A stretch of DNA of 62,208 bases, the filler included, from Basidioascus undulatus (lineage: Eukaryota), in assembly GCA_000826855.1 (NCBI GenBank). It is 10 parts of 10 records of this genome, joined end to end, with 100 filler letters (N's around TTAATTAATTAA, not from the genome) between each part and the next. Parts side by side here need not be neighbours in the genome. Positions count along the whole stretch, not along the records: positions 49,980 to 53,990 come from JTLS01002261.1; positions 54,091 to 58,101 come from JTLS01002262.1; positions 58,202 to 62,208 come from JTLS01002263.1; 7 more parts are not named here. One strand, written 5' to 3'. Positions within the stretch are counted from its first letter, which is position 1. Each line of letters starts with the position of its first letter. Below, piece by piece: positions 51,376 to 62,208 of this stretch. The notes beneath the pieces are model-generated. The model saw only the letters and a program-made list of their open reading frames with translations. It did no database searches and was not told where the DNA came from. The position numbers and the translations under genes are program-made.

Positions 51376-51696
51376 CGGGTCGGCGCGGATCCTCAGTCTG
51401 CGCGCCTTCTCCTTCCCCTCCCGCTTAGCAGCATTGGCCGCTGCGACGGCCGCGAAGTCCGGCGGGGGCGGGGGGGCGGCGGGGGATGGTGAAGGGGCCG
51501 CGAAGTAGTCCTTTGGCGGGCCGGGCGTGGAGCGCTGGGAGACGGTCGAGGAGGTCAAGAGGGACACGGTCGGGGAGGCGGTTGCCGCTGCGTTCAGCAG
51601 CGACGGGCGCGTGCGCACGGAGTGGCGTTGCGGACGACGCGAGGGCGAGGAGGGCGGCGTCGCGGAGGGGGTCGTGGAGGGCGAGGACGTTGACAT
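51376..51696 (-). CDS. Ser/Pro-rich N-terminus of an unidentified protein, joined in frame to the PH-FYVE fragment
   Basis: ATG at 51696, MSTSSPST...DYF...KEKARRLRIRADP. Codon style changes abruptly after ADP. Confidence 0.4.
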
Positions 51697-52158
51697 CGCT
51701 CGAGTTGATGGGATTTCGGTCGAAGAAGGCGGTGATCGAGCCTGGTTAGGACATTCTACGCTGATTGTGGGATGGTCGTGCGAGTGAAAATGCGCTGGGA
51801 GGCTGGGAGAGAGATGAACAGGGGTCGAGAGGGTCAAGGCGCGCGCACAACGGCAGACGCGTAGCGGACGCGACGGGCTGCCTGCCTCGATCCATCAGTG
51901 CGCCGGCATGGCTACCGAATATGCTGAATACGAATTCAATCTGTATTTATTGGATTTGCACACAGTCGGTGAGATAGAAAGGAAACTTGCTCACCGGCGA
52001 TTTCGAGATAGTTCCGAACCTTTCGACCAGCCAATTTCCCAGCCGCCGAAATTGTTCGAGCCCGCGGACTGAACGCCGGCCCGAAGGTCGAACCGCCTTC
52101 TCGCTTGCTCCCACAACCTCTCTCCCTCCTCCACCCCCAATTCGCATACCACAACATC

Positions 52159-52599
52159 ATGGCTGGCCCCAACCTCGAAGTGTTCAAGTTTGGGGTGTAC
52201 CTCTTCTTCCCCATCGCGTTCATGTTCCACTTTGCCGATCCGGCATGGTACGAGGCGCACGTCGAGCCGGTCCGTCTTCCTCCTCCCCCTCCCCTCAAAC
52301 CACTGCATTCTATCTTCCCTCAATCACTCTTGCGTGCACGACAGTACAAGAAGTCGTTCTGGCCGGCGGAAGAGACGTTGCATGTGCGTCTAATATGTGC
52401 TCTTGAAGAAGGGGGGGGCGCGCAACTGACCGGTGTGCCGGGCACACAGAAACCCCCGAAGGAGTCGTCTGCGGTGCGGGAGAAGCTGGAGGAGCTCAAG
52501 GCGGAGCGGCGCGCGCGAAGAGAGGCTCTCGCGCAGCTCCACGCCGACGGGGCCGCGGGGCAACCGCCCGTGCCCGCTGGGTCGGAGAAGCTGGTATGA
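52159..52599 (+). CDS. PET100: Cytochrome c oxidase assembly factor Pet100
   Basis: MAGPNLEVFKFGVYLFFPIAFMFHF...WY...FWP...EKLEELK, with two short in-frame introns. Confidence 0.88.
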   Translation: MAGPNLEVFKFGVYLFFPIAFMFHFADPAWYEAHVEPVRLPPPPPLKPLHSIFPQSLLRARQYKKSFWPAEETLHVRLICALEEGGGAQLTGVPGTQKPPKESSAVREKLEELKAERRARREALAQLHADGAAGQPPVPAGSEKLV

Positions 52600-53437
52600 T
52601 GGGTGGTTGGGGCTAATTGTGAGTTCTTCCTCTGTCGAAGGGTAGTCGAGGTTGCTGATCGGCAGTGTGGCGATCAGCTTTCATGATTTCGTCTTCTCTT
52701 TGGTTCACGCATCGTCATCTGTACTTTCCGCTCGTTCGCACGCCCTCACGCACGCATCGCACTGCTGCGCTCTATCTCCGCCGCGCTCAGCGCTCCAGGG
52801 CATGTCCGACTCCCTGCCGACATCTCTCTCTCTCAACTACTGAACAATGCCGATACTCGAGACACTCGCTGTTGCGACCCAATCGGACTCGCATCATTCT
52901 GCGCTGGTCGGGGAGCCAACGAGCGCCTCGATCCTTCACCTGGATCAGCCAAACCGTCTCCCTCTTATTTTACACCCGTCCGGCTATCACTCCGTCGCAA
53001 CCCGCGCGCGTTCTCATAGTACTGCCGGAGTCCGTGTCGTCGGGCCACCATCTCCGGATCTCGTTCTCCCGTGCCGTGCCTTTCGAGCTGTCCGCCATCG
53101 CCACACTACTTGGCAAGCAAGATCGAGAATCATATGCCAAGTGCGGGGAGAAGGGCTTGTTGAGGGTATGGACCCGGAAGAAGGACAGCGAAAGTAAGGG
53201 GCGGTCAGATGGCAGGCCGGCGCACGCAGGGAACACACCCGGGTCAACATTTGCATCGTGGGCCCATGCAATGGCTGGTACTTCAGCCTCCAGCTTCCAG
53301 CCGCCCGTATAGGGTCCAGAGGCCGTATGATTTGAAAAGAGGTGTAACGAAGCGTGACAAAAGCAAAATGCCACGAGCAGACTACAACACGTGAGAGGCA
53401 GGTTCGGAGCGAGGTCCATCATAGCAAGGAAGCAAAA

Positions 53438-53520
53438 AGTCGTGCATGGGACTCGAACCCACAACCTCCGGTAAGTCAATCAAATCGGAAACCGACGCGC
53501 TACCATTGCGCCAACACGAC
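53438..53520 (-). tRNA. tRNA-Arg(CCG) with ~11-nt intron
   Basis: Acceptor GTCGTGT/GCACGAC, D arm GCGC-AATGGTA-GCGC, anticodon arm TCGGT-TT-CCG-A-[53474-53484]-T-ACCGG and T arm GTGGG-TTCGAGT-CCCAT. A T5 terminator follows directly. Confidence 0.9.
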
Positions 53521-53990
53521 GTTGTTGTGCTTAAACATTTTTATTACTTTAGTAAAAAAGCAAGAAATCTGAATGTCACATATATGCTTTTTCCGACGTT
53601 CTTCCGTGCATACACAATTCCGTAGGATAGGAGCTCACCGTTTCTAGTAGTGTTCGCTCAATGCAAATTAGGGTTTCGCCGCATTGCGAGTTTGGCAACA
53701 ACCTGCAGTTGCCAGTGGTCCGAGCGCTCTGACATCTTCAACAGCAAAGGCCAGTATTGGTCTGGCACAAATCAGTTTGGCTGCTAATTGGAGGGTACTT
53801 TCGCCGGGGTGATTACAGGTCGAATCTGCCGGAAGTGTCCGCCTGTAAGCGGCACTAGGGGGGCCGGGTTGAGACAGCGGCGGAAACCTGGCGTCTTTCT
53901 TCTGGAGATCCTTGACGTCAGGCACATTTGCTCGTGGGCACGTACGGGATGTCCGCAATGGAGATGTCAATGGACGGCAGGAAGTCGCGC

Positions 53991-54090
53991 NNNNNNNNNN
54001 NNNNNNNNNNNNNNNNNNNNNNNNNNNNNNNNNNTTAATTAATTAANNNNNNNNNNNNNNNNNNNNNNNNNNNNNNNNNNNNNNNNNNNN
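53991..54090. other. Artificial contig spacer
   Basis: N44-TTAATTAATTAA-N44. Confidence 0.99.
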
Positions 54091-54725
54091 CTCCTAAATG
54101 GAGCCGTACGCAACGCGCTGGTCGAACCAACCAGGGGTCGGGGCTTCCAGCACCTTGACCTCCGCATGCTCCGGCTTGATCGGGATAGGGCCCAAAAGCA
54201 GTTCAAGGTCAGCCTTGGCATAGTGGTAAGAATACGAATGGCCTCTGGGTTGTCGGGAGTACCCGACTCATACTCCGACGGCAGGGAGATTGCTCGCGGG
54301 TGGCGCAGGAGGTCAGGGTGTGCCTATACGGAATGAGCGAAGCGTTTGAAGGTCTGCATGTCGCGAGCATCGGAGAGTTTGATCGTCAAAAGGTTAATCA
54401 AGCTATGGAGCCTGGGTGGGCCAGCTCGTTGACTGCGCCAAAAACTAGGCACGTCGTTCCATTTCCACGTCCCTTAAATCTCTCTTCAATTTAGGGATAT
54501 ATTGAACTAATTGATTGTAATCCCATGAATAAGGTGAGCTGTATGGACGAAGCATCTGGGGCGATGCCGAGGGTGTACGACAGCGTCTGCCTTTCACATT
54601 GCCTTTTAGAACAACTGCGCTGCTGACTCGACCAGCTCCAGGGCGACCGTAAAGCCTTTCGGCACCAATAGTACTAGCATTGCTAGTCTACTGATCGGGG
54701 CTTATGGCTTGCTTAACCTTGCTCA

Positions 54726-54940
54726 ACGCAGCATCCCGACATGATCATTTTTGTACCCACAGTCTTAGGGACAAGGTTGCATTAAACGCGCGTGCAGCGG
54801 CTTTCTTTCTGCATCACAGAAAAGGACGCAGCATCCCGACATGATAATTTTTGTACCCACAGTCTTAAGGACAAGGTTGCATTAAACGCGCGTGCAGCGG
54901 CTTTCCTTCTGCATCACAGACCAGGACGCAGCATCCCGAC
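54726..54940. repeat. Tandem repeat, 100-bp unit x2 plus 15-bp partial third copy
   Basis: ACGCAGCATCCCGAC starts at 54726, 54826 and 54926. The two full units differ at 5 positions. Confidence 0.95.
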
Positions 54941-55163
54941 GCTGATTGGACAGTTTGAGGCTCATACATTCCAAACAGTCCATTTTTTAGCCCGTCCAGC
55001 ATCCTTGCATGCATTCTGCCTAGCGGGATGGTGCAGTGGCAGCTCGAGCGTTTAAAGAGTGCGGACCTTTCCTCTTCTCCTATTTCACCTGCATTCCCCC
55101 CGTCCCCTCGTCCCTGGCACACGCATCTGCTCGTAACTCAACCCGCAATACCCTTCGCTAAAG

Positions 55164-56912
55164 ATGTTCTCCGTCACCAGCGCCCACCCAGTCGCCCCGG
55201 TCAGCAACCCTCGCGATGAGCGGCCAGCCACCGTCTCAACCAGGATCAAGTTGCCCGACCTCCTCCATCCTCCACGGCTGGCCCTTTGCCGTCAACCCGC
55301 TTTACGAGAAGATGCGCCCCGTCGCCGACGAGTGGCTGCTCAGGTAAGCGTCTCTCCGCTTTTTCCCCCCTGCGGGGAAGGTCAAGACAACGTTGGTTGC
55401 TGAGGCACTCGGGCCTGGAACGCAGCTGGACGCCGGACGAGAAGATGCGCAAGAAGATCTCCGGAGCGGACGTTGCCCTGCTCGCCGGCCACTTCTACCC
55501 GGACGCGAAATGGGAAGAGTACAAGATTTTGGCGTACTATCTCGGTTGGGTAAGGGCTATGCCATTCTTGCCGCGTCTCCATTGTCGGGCAAGGCGAGTG
55601 ACTGACCTTCCATCGTCGTCGTGTAGGCTTTTGTTTGGGATGACGGTAAGCGATCGTGTTCCTTCCCCATCTTCATTGGGTCCCCGCCGTTGTTACTTCC
55701 CGAATGGCAAACTTACGGAGCGCATATACACCCTTACAACAGAGATCGACTGCGGCCAGCTCACCAACGACCGCGCGGGCATTGAGGCCTACATCCGCGA
55801 GACCAACGAGATGATTGACCATCTGCTCGAACTTTCTAGCCTCGACAACACCCACAGCTCCTCAAACCCTATCCTCCAGGCTTTGGAGCAGCACATCGCA
55901 CCGGTCATGCCGGCCGACTGCTCTACCGGTGCGTCCTCGCTCTCTTTCCATCGTTGATTTCACGGCTGGCTGTCGGAGTCACTGACCGCTTTCGCTTTCT
56001 TGATGACAGCCGCCTGGAAGCGCACTCTCGAGTCTTACCGCATGTTCTGCGAGGGCGTGGCCAAGATGCACGGCACCTTGCCCACGGTCGAGGAGTATTG
56101 CGCGCGCAGGCGCGCAAGCGTGGCATGCGAAACAAGCGTTGCCCAGCTCGAGTGAGTATTTCTCACCCTCTTCCTTTCCGAAACCCATTTTGCGGCAGGC
56201 TTACTGACCATCACACTCTCAGGTACGCTTACGGTATGAATCTTCCCGACGAGCTCTTCCAGCACGAGGCGACGAAGGAGGTTTTGGACCTTGCTTGTGA
56301 CTTGACGGCTTTGTACGTTCTTTGCTTCGGTTACGTTCTGCTTCGAGTCACCATCCCGGATCTCATCCTTTTTCCCCTTTCCCCCTCGCAGCGTTAACGA
56401 CATCGCCTCCTTCCGCAAAGAAATCGTACAGCCTTCCCCTTCATTGCTCCTCCCTTTCGAGTAATTTTTCGTGACCACCCTCTCTCGATCCCGCTCTGGT
56501 TTCAGGCCGACGGCCAGCTCGACAACCTCGTCTTCCTCCACCGAGAGCGCGGCATCACCCTCCAGGAGGCGTGCGAGGAGGCCGGAAAGATGGTCTGCGT
56601 CGCCCGGGAGCGCTTCGATCAAGCTGCATCCCGCGTCCCGCGCACCGGCGACGCCGAGGTCGACGCGCAGACCGAGCGCTTCATTGAGGGCTGCAAGGAG
56701 ATCGTCACGGGCATTCTGAGCTGGAGGTGAGTCGGCTGCCTTGATCCTCTTCTTGATTTGTTTTTTGGACGGAGATGTGCAAACTAAGAGGTGTTGGCGG
56801 GCTGTGATGCAGCTTTGAGTGCAAGAGGTACTTTGGCAGTCAAGCTGCGCAGATCCGCAAGGACTTGTGTGTAGACATTGTGCTGCCGGCGGAGCTTTTC
56901 AACCGCTCTTGA
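55164..56912 (+). CDS. Class I terpene cyclase (sesquiterpene synthase-like), with one frameshift in exon 1
   Basis: Spliced product has WDDEID (DDxxD), LPTVEEYCARRR, NDIASFRKE (NSE/DTE) and WSFECKRYFG (WxxxxxRY). The frame shifts near 55257-55270. Confidence 0.9.
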
Positions 56913-57728
56913 TATGTATATGGACGTTTTTTACGCATTCACTTTCTTCGCATAGACTTTCGCCTAAAAATCAATTCTTTTTCTTGCGTGAATCTCCACG
57001 TTCTCCTCGACTCTGCCCTCCCCACCCCCTTTCCCGCCTCGGCCGATAAGCCGCCCTCGTTGTAGCTCACCGGATGTGGTTGGCAACTACAACACTGCCA
57101 GACTACTCTATGAATTTCTTTTGGGATGTGCTGGGTGCCTGCGACATGGGATGCTTTGGAAGGCACAATACATGTTTATCATGATTGTATGCGAAGTTCA
57201 AAGAAGGATATTTGGAACTGCGATAGCCTTGAAGGCAGATGAAAATGCTAGCAGCAGCGTGCAGACCGGGTTTGGGTGTACTCTTGCCCGCGGTCACATT
57301 ACATTATTGTCCGGATATACCAAAAGGAATGAGTAGTCCTCAAGAAAGCGAAAGTGTAAGACAAACGAAAGCTCACTGTGGAGTCTTTCTCTTTCAATTG
57401 GCACTTCAGAGGGAGGTACAGCCCCTCGAGCGTAGCCTGCACGCTGCATTCACTAGTCATTCACGAGTTGTATTGGGGGGGTGCAAGAGGCTAGCTAGCA
57501 AATGCAATACAGTCTAGGTGGTGGTTTCACAAACGACGGTTTATGCGAGAAGCGAATGAGATAAATAGTGAGTGAGCGAGTGAACGAGCGAGCGAGTTGC
57601 AACGAGCGCGCGAGGCGGCGACGGCTGCCGGAGTAGTACATGAATTGCAGGGGGAGAGATCCGTATCAAGTCAATAAGAATAAAAGGGCGCGTGTAAGAA
57701 GCAGAACCGAAAGAAGAAGCCGAAAGTG

Positions 57729-58101
57729 TCATGCCTGCTGCTGATCGGAGTGTACGACGCGGACGGCGAACCTACTCACAACGCGCTCGTGCCACTCCGC
57801 CTCGTCGCCCATCCTAACCCTATCGACGCTCCTCCTACTCCCGGGGGTCCCAGGCACCGGCATGCGCTCCACAACAACCACCGCAACCTCCCCCTCCCCC
57901 TCCTCCTCCTGCTGCCACCCCTCAGGGCACTGCCCCCAGACCTCTAGATCCCTCGCGTCCCAGCGTAGCCAGCCCGGCAGCGCGCGCCCGTCCTCGCGCA
58001 CAGCGTAGTACGTGCTCCGCGGCGGCGCGTGCCGCGCGGGGGACGCGATGCTTGCGCTCGGTGGGGGGTTCAGGGTCGGGACGAACCGGAAGGGCGCGCC
58101 C
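57729..58101 (-). CDS. C-terminal Ig/cadherin-like domain, possibly of an Axl2-like protein (5' truncated)
   Basis: PFRFVP...DGRALPGWLRWD...EVWG...RVVSRFAVRV resembles a dystroglycan-type cadherin-like repeat. Confidence 0.4.
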
Positions 58102-58201
58102 NNNNNNNNNNNNNNNNNNNNNNNNNNNNNNNNNNNNNNNNNNNNTTAATTAATTAANNNNNNNNNNNNNNNNNNNNNNNNNNNNNNNNNNNNNNNNNNN
58201 N
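58102..58201. other. Artificial contig spacer
   Basis: N44-TTAATTAATTAA-N44. Confidence 0.99.
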
Positions 58202-59865
58202 AGGCCTGCAGCGAGGCCGGGGGGGAGGGACTGCCCTGCTGCGTGCGGGAAGAGAAGGGAGGGGGAGGTGGAGAGTTGGGGGAGGTCGAGTGGGGGTGGT
58301 TGGAGGTGCGCGGCGGGGTGTGTGACATGAGAAGGAGGGAAGTGGGAGAGGAAGGAGGCGGGCGCGGGCGCGAAGGAGGCGGAGAGGGTGGAGGGGTTGA
58401 GATAGGATGATCTGCGGGGGACAGAGGAGGGCGGGGAGGATGGCGGGGGTGCTGCAGGGAAGGAGAAAGGCGCGCGCGGGAAGATGGGCCGCGCGGAGGA
58501 CTGGCGCGAGAGCCGGCGCTGCCGCTCGAGGGGCGTGAGGAGGTCGTTCAAGCTCGAGGGGAGGAACTCTTCGCCTGCTCCCTCTCCGCGGGTCTCCTCC
58601 CCGTCGTCCAGCTCCTCGTCAGACAGGTCCAGCCCAAACACGCCCTCCTCGTCTCCCGAGCGGAGAAGGAACCCCCCGCGGGCGGGGAGCGAGGTGGAGG
58701 GTGCGGGCTGGGGGGCGTAGGAAGAGTAGGAGTGGAGGAAGACGGAGGAGGAGCCGGGCGCGGAGAAGGGCGAGGAGGAGAAGGGGCCGGTGTCCGTGGG
58801 AGGGGTGGAGAGCGGCGCGCGGGAGGTGGGGGTCGTGGTGGTGGGGGGCGAGCCGATCGGCCCAAAGGAGGAGGTGCGCCGGGAGAGGGAGGTGAGGGGC
58901 GTGGAGGTCGAGGAGGGTGTGCGGGCGTGGGTGGAGGGCGCATATCGCAGGGGTTGTGCGATGGGACAGGGGAGGGGCGGCGGAGGACGAGAAGGGACGA
59001 CGGGGAGGGTGGGTGCTGTAGGAGCAGGAGCCGGCGGAGACGTGGGCGCCTTCTTGTCCTCCTCTGCCTCCTTCTCCCGCTTGCGCTTCTCCATCTGCGC
59101 CTCGCGCTTATGCTTCCTATCCATGCTCATCGGCTCGCCAGGGAGGACGTGCGCATTCGCGCACTTGCTCCCGAACTTGCAGGACCCCTTCTGGAACCAC
59201 GTGCAGACGGCCTTGGAGCCCGGCGTCGCGGGGAGGGCGTGCGAGAACGGGCAGGAGTCGCCTGTCGGGGAGGGGGGTGAGAAGGGGAGAGGGAGGGAGG
59301 GCATGGGGAGGGAGTTACCCGCTTCGCATTTGCCTTGCTTGTGGAACTTGCACGGGACGTGGGAGAGGTCGGCGACTATTGGGGAGGGGGTTCAGTACGG
59401 GGCTGCTCGGCTCGATGTGAGCGTGAGTGCGAGCATCAATTTAGAGACAATTGCCCTTGGTTTCCCAGCCTCAGCACGAGAGGAAGATACAGCATGGCGG
59501 CGCATCTCCTTGTTCCCCTCCATCGCGCAGGCCTCCTAAGTCCAACCACCTCAGAGCCACAGCCTCCTCCTCCATCTCCCACTTCGGTCCCATCCGCTCC
59601 TCCTAAACTAGTAGTACTAACCTTTACCGCCCTTCTTCCCCGGCCCGACATTAGGCAACCTCTCTCTCTCTCTGTCCCCCTGCGCCGCCGCCGCCGCACC
59701 CATCTCCGGGCTACTCAAGCTCGCGCCGCCCGCCGCCCTCCCACGCCAGCTCCCTCCCACGCCGATAGATGCGCCGCCGTTCCGAGCGCGGTCAATGGAC
59801 GGTCTGGAGCGGTGTGTGTGTGTTGAGGTGGGGGGGGCCGTGGGCAGCGGGGGGAGGGCGGACAT
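58202..59865 (-). CDS. Tandem CCCH zinc-finger protein (Cps3/Lee1-like), 3' truncated
   Basis: HVPCKFHKQGKCEAGDSCPFSH and VCTWFQKGSCKFGSKCANAH, plus the family motif EEFLPSSLNDLLTPLERQRR. Confidence 0.8.
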
Positions 59866-61144
59866 CCGTAGACTCGCGAGGGGGTTGAGCGTAGAGTGAT
59901 AAGCGACAGATAAATGTGCGTTATGAAGAGGGTCTGATCGATTGTTTTGAGTGTTGTAGGAGGAAGAGAGGAGAGATGCAAGGAGGTGCAGATGCGAGAT
60001 GGCGATAGCGATGTCAGTCGACGAACGCCAACGCGCCGTCCGCTCGCGCGAGGCACGACGGATAAGCTCGGACCGAGGGTTGCGTTGCGTGCTTGTTTTC
60101 GTCGCAGCGAAAGCGTCGCATGGACTGCGATCTAAACATGATTTATTTTACGTATCCAGAGAAGCGAAGATGTTTGGGATACAGTTGCTGTAATGGTTGC
60201 GCAAGTCCGGCTGCCGACTCTGCGATAACGAGCGACGCTCAGGCTGCCCATGGCAGTGCATCGCTGCAGCAAGGGAAACAAGAAAGTACAGCTCGGGTGC
60301 CGGAAGACAGACATAGGAACCTACAAATCCCTAAGAGAAGCAACTCCCCTACAACAAACTCGTCGCATGCTCAGGCTCAGGCGTGCTGGGATGCGACGAG
60401 GCTGACTGCATGACTTTCCGCCTCGTGTGGATTTCAGTTCAGTCGCCAAGACTCGAGACGGTGAAATTCCGAACGATTCGAGCCGCAGTCACGACGTTCG
60501 GAGAGAACGAGATGTCCATGCTTCATGACTTTCAGCTGCAAGTTCAGCGTCTTCTCGCCGCTTTGTCCTACGCGTTTGTACGAGTCGTAGAACGATCGCC
60601 GATGAGCGAGCGGATGGTGGGGGTACCTGCAGCCTTCTACCATTCAAGTCAATCCCAAACCCCATCTTATGTCGCCGAGTGGAGGAGGCGAGCAGGCCTT
60701 CGAGACCAGACACAGACGTTGTCATCGCGGTGCGCAGCCTGAAGTGTGGGGGAGCTTGAATAGCGGAAGCAGATGGAAGCCCTCGAGGCGACGGACCGCT
60801 CGTCGTCTTCTTTCCGAGTGTTTTCAAGTGCTATCTCCGAAGTTGACGTAATTTTCTGAGTGTCGAAGAGGTGCTGTAAATGTGTGATACAAGAAGGTGA
60901 AGACGAAGAAACAGCGAAAAAAAAGTGTGAAAGTCAAGCCGATGGAGGTCGCGAGGCAGCTGTCTCTTGTCAGTCACCGCCCGACCGCTGATCGGCGCCG
61001 TCCCTCGTCGGTCCGTCTCCGCCGCCTTGTTTCTCGCCTTCGCGTCCTCGTCCTCGTCCTCACCACACCTCTCCTCACCCTATCCTCACCCATACGCTCT
61101 CCCCATTCCGACGCGCGTCCTCTCCACCCGCCCCGCCGCCCCCG

Positions 61145-62208
61145 ATGCCGGGCACGGTGCACCCCTCCCCGCACGCCTCGCGCCGACCGGCCACAGCAGA
61201 TGAGAGCGTGAGCGTGCGGCCGACGCCGCCGCCGCCCTCGTCCTCGACGCTCTCCGTTTCCACCGTCCCGCGCCCCTCTTCCGGCGCGCGCCCACGACAG
61301 TACTCTGACTCCCCCGCGCCCTCCTTCCTTGACAAGCCCCCCAAAGAGCGCGAGAGGGAGCACCACCACCACGGGCTCAAGGGCCTGCGCTCCCTCGCGC
61401 ACGCGTCCTCGCTCCCGCACCTCAAGTCGCGCAAGCCCACGCCCTCCATCTCCCCCAACCCCGGGGGCGCACCCCCCATGCTGTTCGCCCCCGCCGCGGA
61501 GCGCGGTAATCCCATCGCGCCGTGGGATGACACCGGGGGAGGGGAGGGCACGCAGAGGAGGAGCACAAAGGACATCGACCAGATCGTACCTTGGCTCGAG
61601 CAGGACGCCCGCCCCGGCATGAGCCGCGCGAGCTCGGAAGATAGTCTGAGAACGGCTGCGGGGCGCAGTGCCAATGGCAAGGAGCGTGAGAGGGAGGAGG
61701 GCGGGAGGGAAGGGAAGGAGAAGGAGAAGGAGAAGGAGAAGGAGAAGAAGAGGGGGATTCTGAGTTACTTGAGGAAGAAGGCGAGCCATGCCCATATGTC
61801 CAAGGATGGGAAGAGCGAGCATGATGGTGCGTCGGTCCTCCCTCTACACCCAACCCAACCCCAGAGCTCATCCGCCCCTCCCCGCAGTCTACGCCTGGCA
61901 GTCCCCGTCCGCGGCGTCGCTCCACGAATCGCCCATGCCGAACGAGCCTCACCGCTCGCCCTCCGGCGGCCTTGCGCTCCCCTCCACTTCCCGCTTCCCT
62001 ACCAACGCCTCCTCCACGTCTCTCCCCAGCGCTGTCCCCCCCGCGAGCAGCACCAAGCGGCCCTCCACGACGTCCTCCAAGCCGTCCAAGCGGCTCGGCT
62101 CGTCTGCAGGCAAGGGGCGGCCGGCGCCGCCCTCCGTCCCGCCGGAGGGCGACGTCGGCTTCAGCCTTGACACGGACCTCACGCACATGGAGGGCATCCT
62201 CGCGGGCC
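61145..62208 (+). CDS. Probable N-terminus of fungal adenylate cyclase (3' truncated)
   Basis: Low-complexity N-terminus with IAPW and IVPW and, after one intron, FSLDTDLTHMEGIL, resembling the LDTNLDxMEGI block of fungal Cyr1/Cac1 proteins. The catalytic and LRR domains are not in the window. Confidence 0.5.
61715..61747 (+). repeat. (AAGGAG)n coding microsatellite encoding KE repeats
   Basis: About 5.5 perfect hexamer units giving KEKEKEKEKEK. Confidence 0.85.

Noticed and set aside
52665..53430. Overlapping 116-215 aa ORFs between PET100 and tRNA-Arg
   Set aside because: No codon bias, splice structure or recognisable motif.
54726..54940. Three copies of ACGCAGCATCCCGAC as a mini CRISPR array
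   Set aside because: The intervening sequences are near-identical (a tandem duplication), the context is eukaryotic and there are no cas genes.
35525..56912. Secondary-metabolite cluster linking the MFS transporter and the terpene synthase
   Set aside because: They lie on different, artificially joined contigs.

Overview
Eukaryotic (fungal, most likely basidiomycete) GC-rich, intron-dense genomic DNA. It is not one continuous locus. One contig end of about 25 kb (1-25095) is followed by nine unrelated contigs of about 4 kb with non-increasing lengths (4049 down to 4007 bp). They are joined by artificial 100-nt N44-TTAATTAATTAA-N44 spacers, so synteny holds only within each piece. By manual splicing I recognise a polo kinase, Ldb17/SPIN90, CaMK, a zinc MDR dehydrogenase, an 18-intron metallo-beta-lactamase-fold lactonase/lactamase, DOHH (LIA1) head-to-head with MRT4, tRNA-Thr(AGT), two decayed BTB-family paralogues and an SDR. 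The short contigs carry fragments of Bud4-like, MOB2, 2H-phosphoesterase, MFS, NSA2, YIP1, PPE1, CNH-like, BRCT, PH-FYVE, PET100, tRNA-Arg(CCG), a terpene synthase, a CCCH zinc-finger protein and probable adenylate cyclase. There is no CRISPR array, rRNA or clear intact mobile element. The most interesting signals are: (i) a lactonase + dehydrogenase pair that may be a small lactone/lactam catabolic unit; (ii) a terpene synthase with a duplicated 100-bp promoter unit and a frameshift; (iii) several seamless gene-to-gene junctions inside the short contigs (YIP1::PPE1, MOB2 against the 2H gene, an orphan N-terminus on PH-FYVE, an internal MFS deletion), which are either real microhomology rearrangements or assembly chimeras; (iv) micro-exons and a GC-AG intron. 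I could not demonstrate a wholly new biological system. Family assignments come from motif recognition, not database searches.
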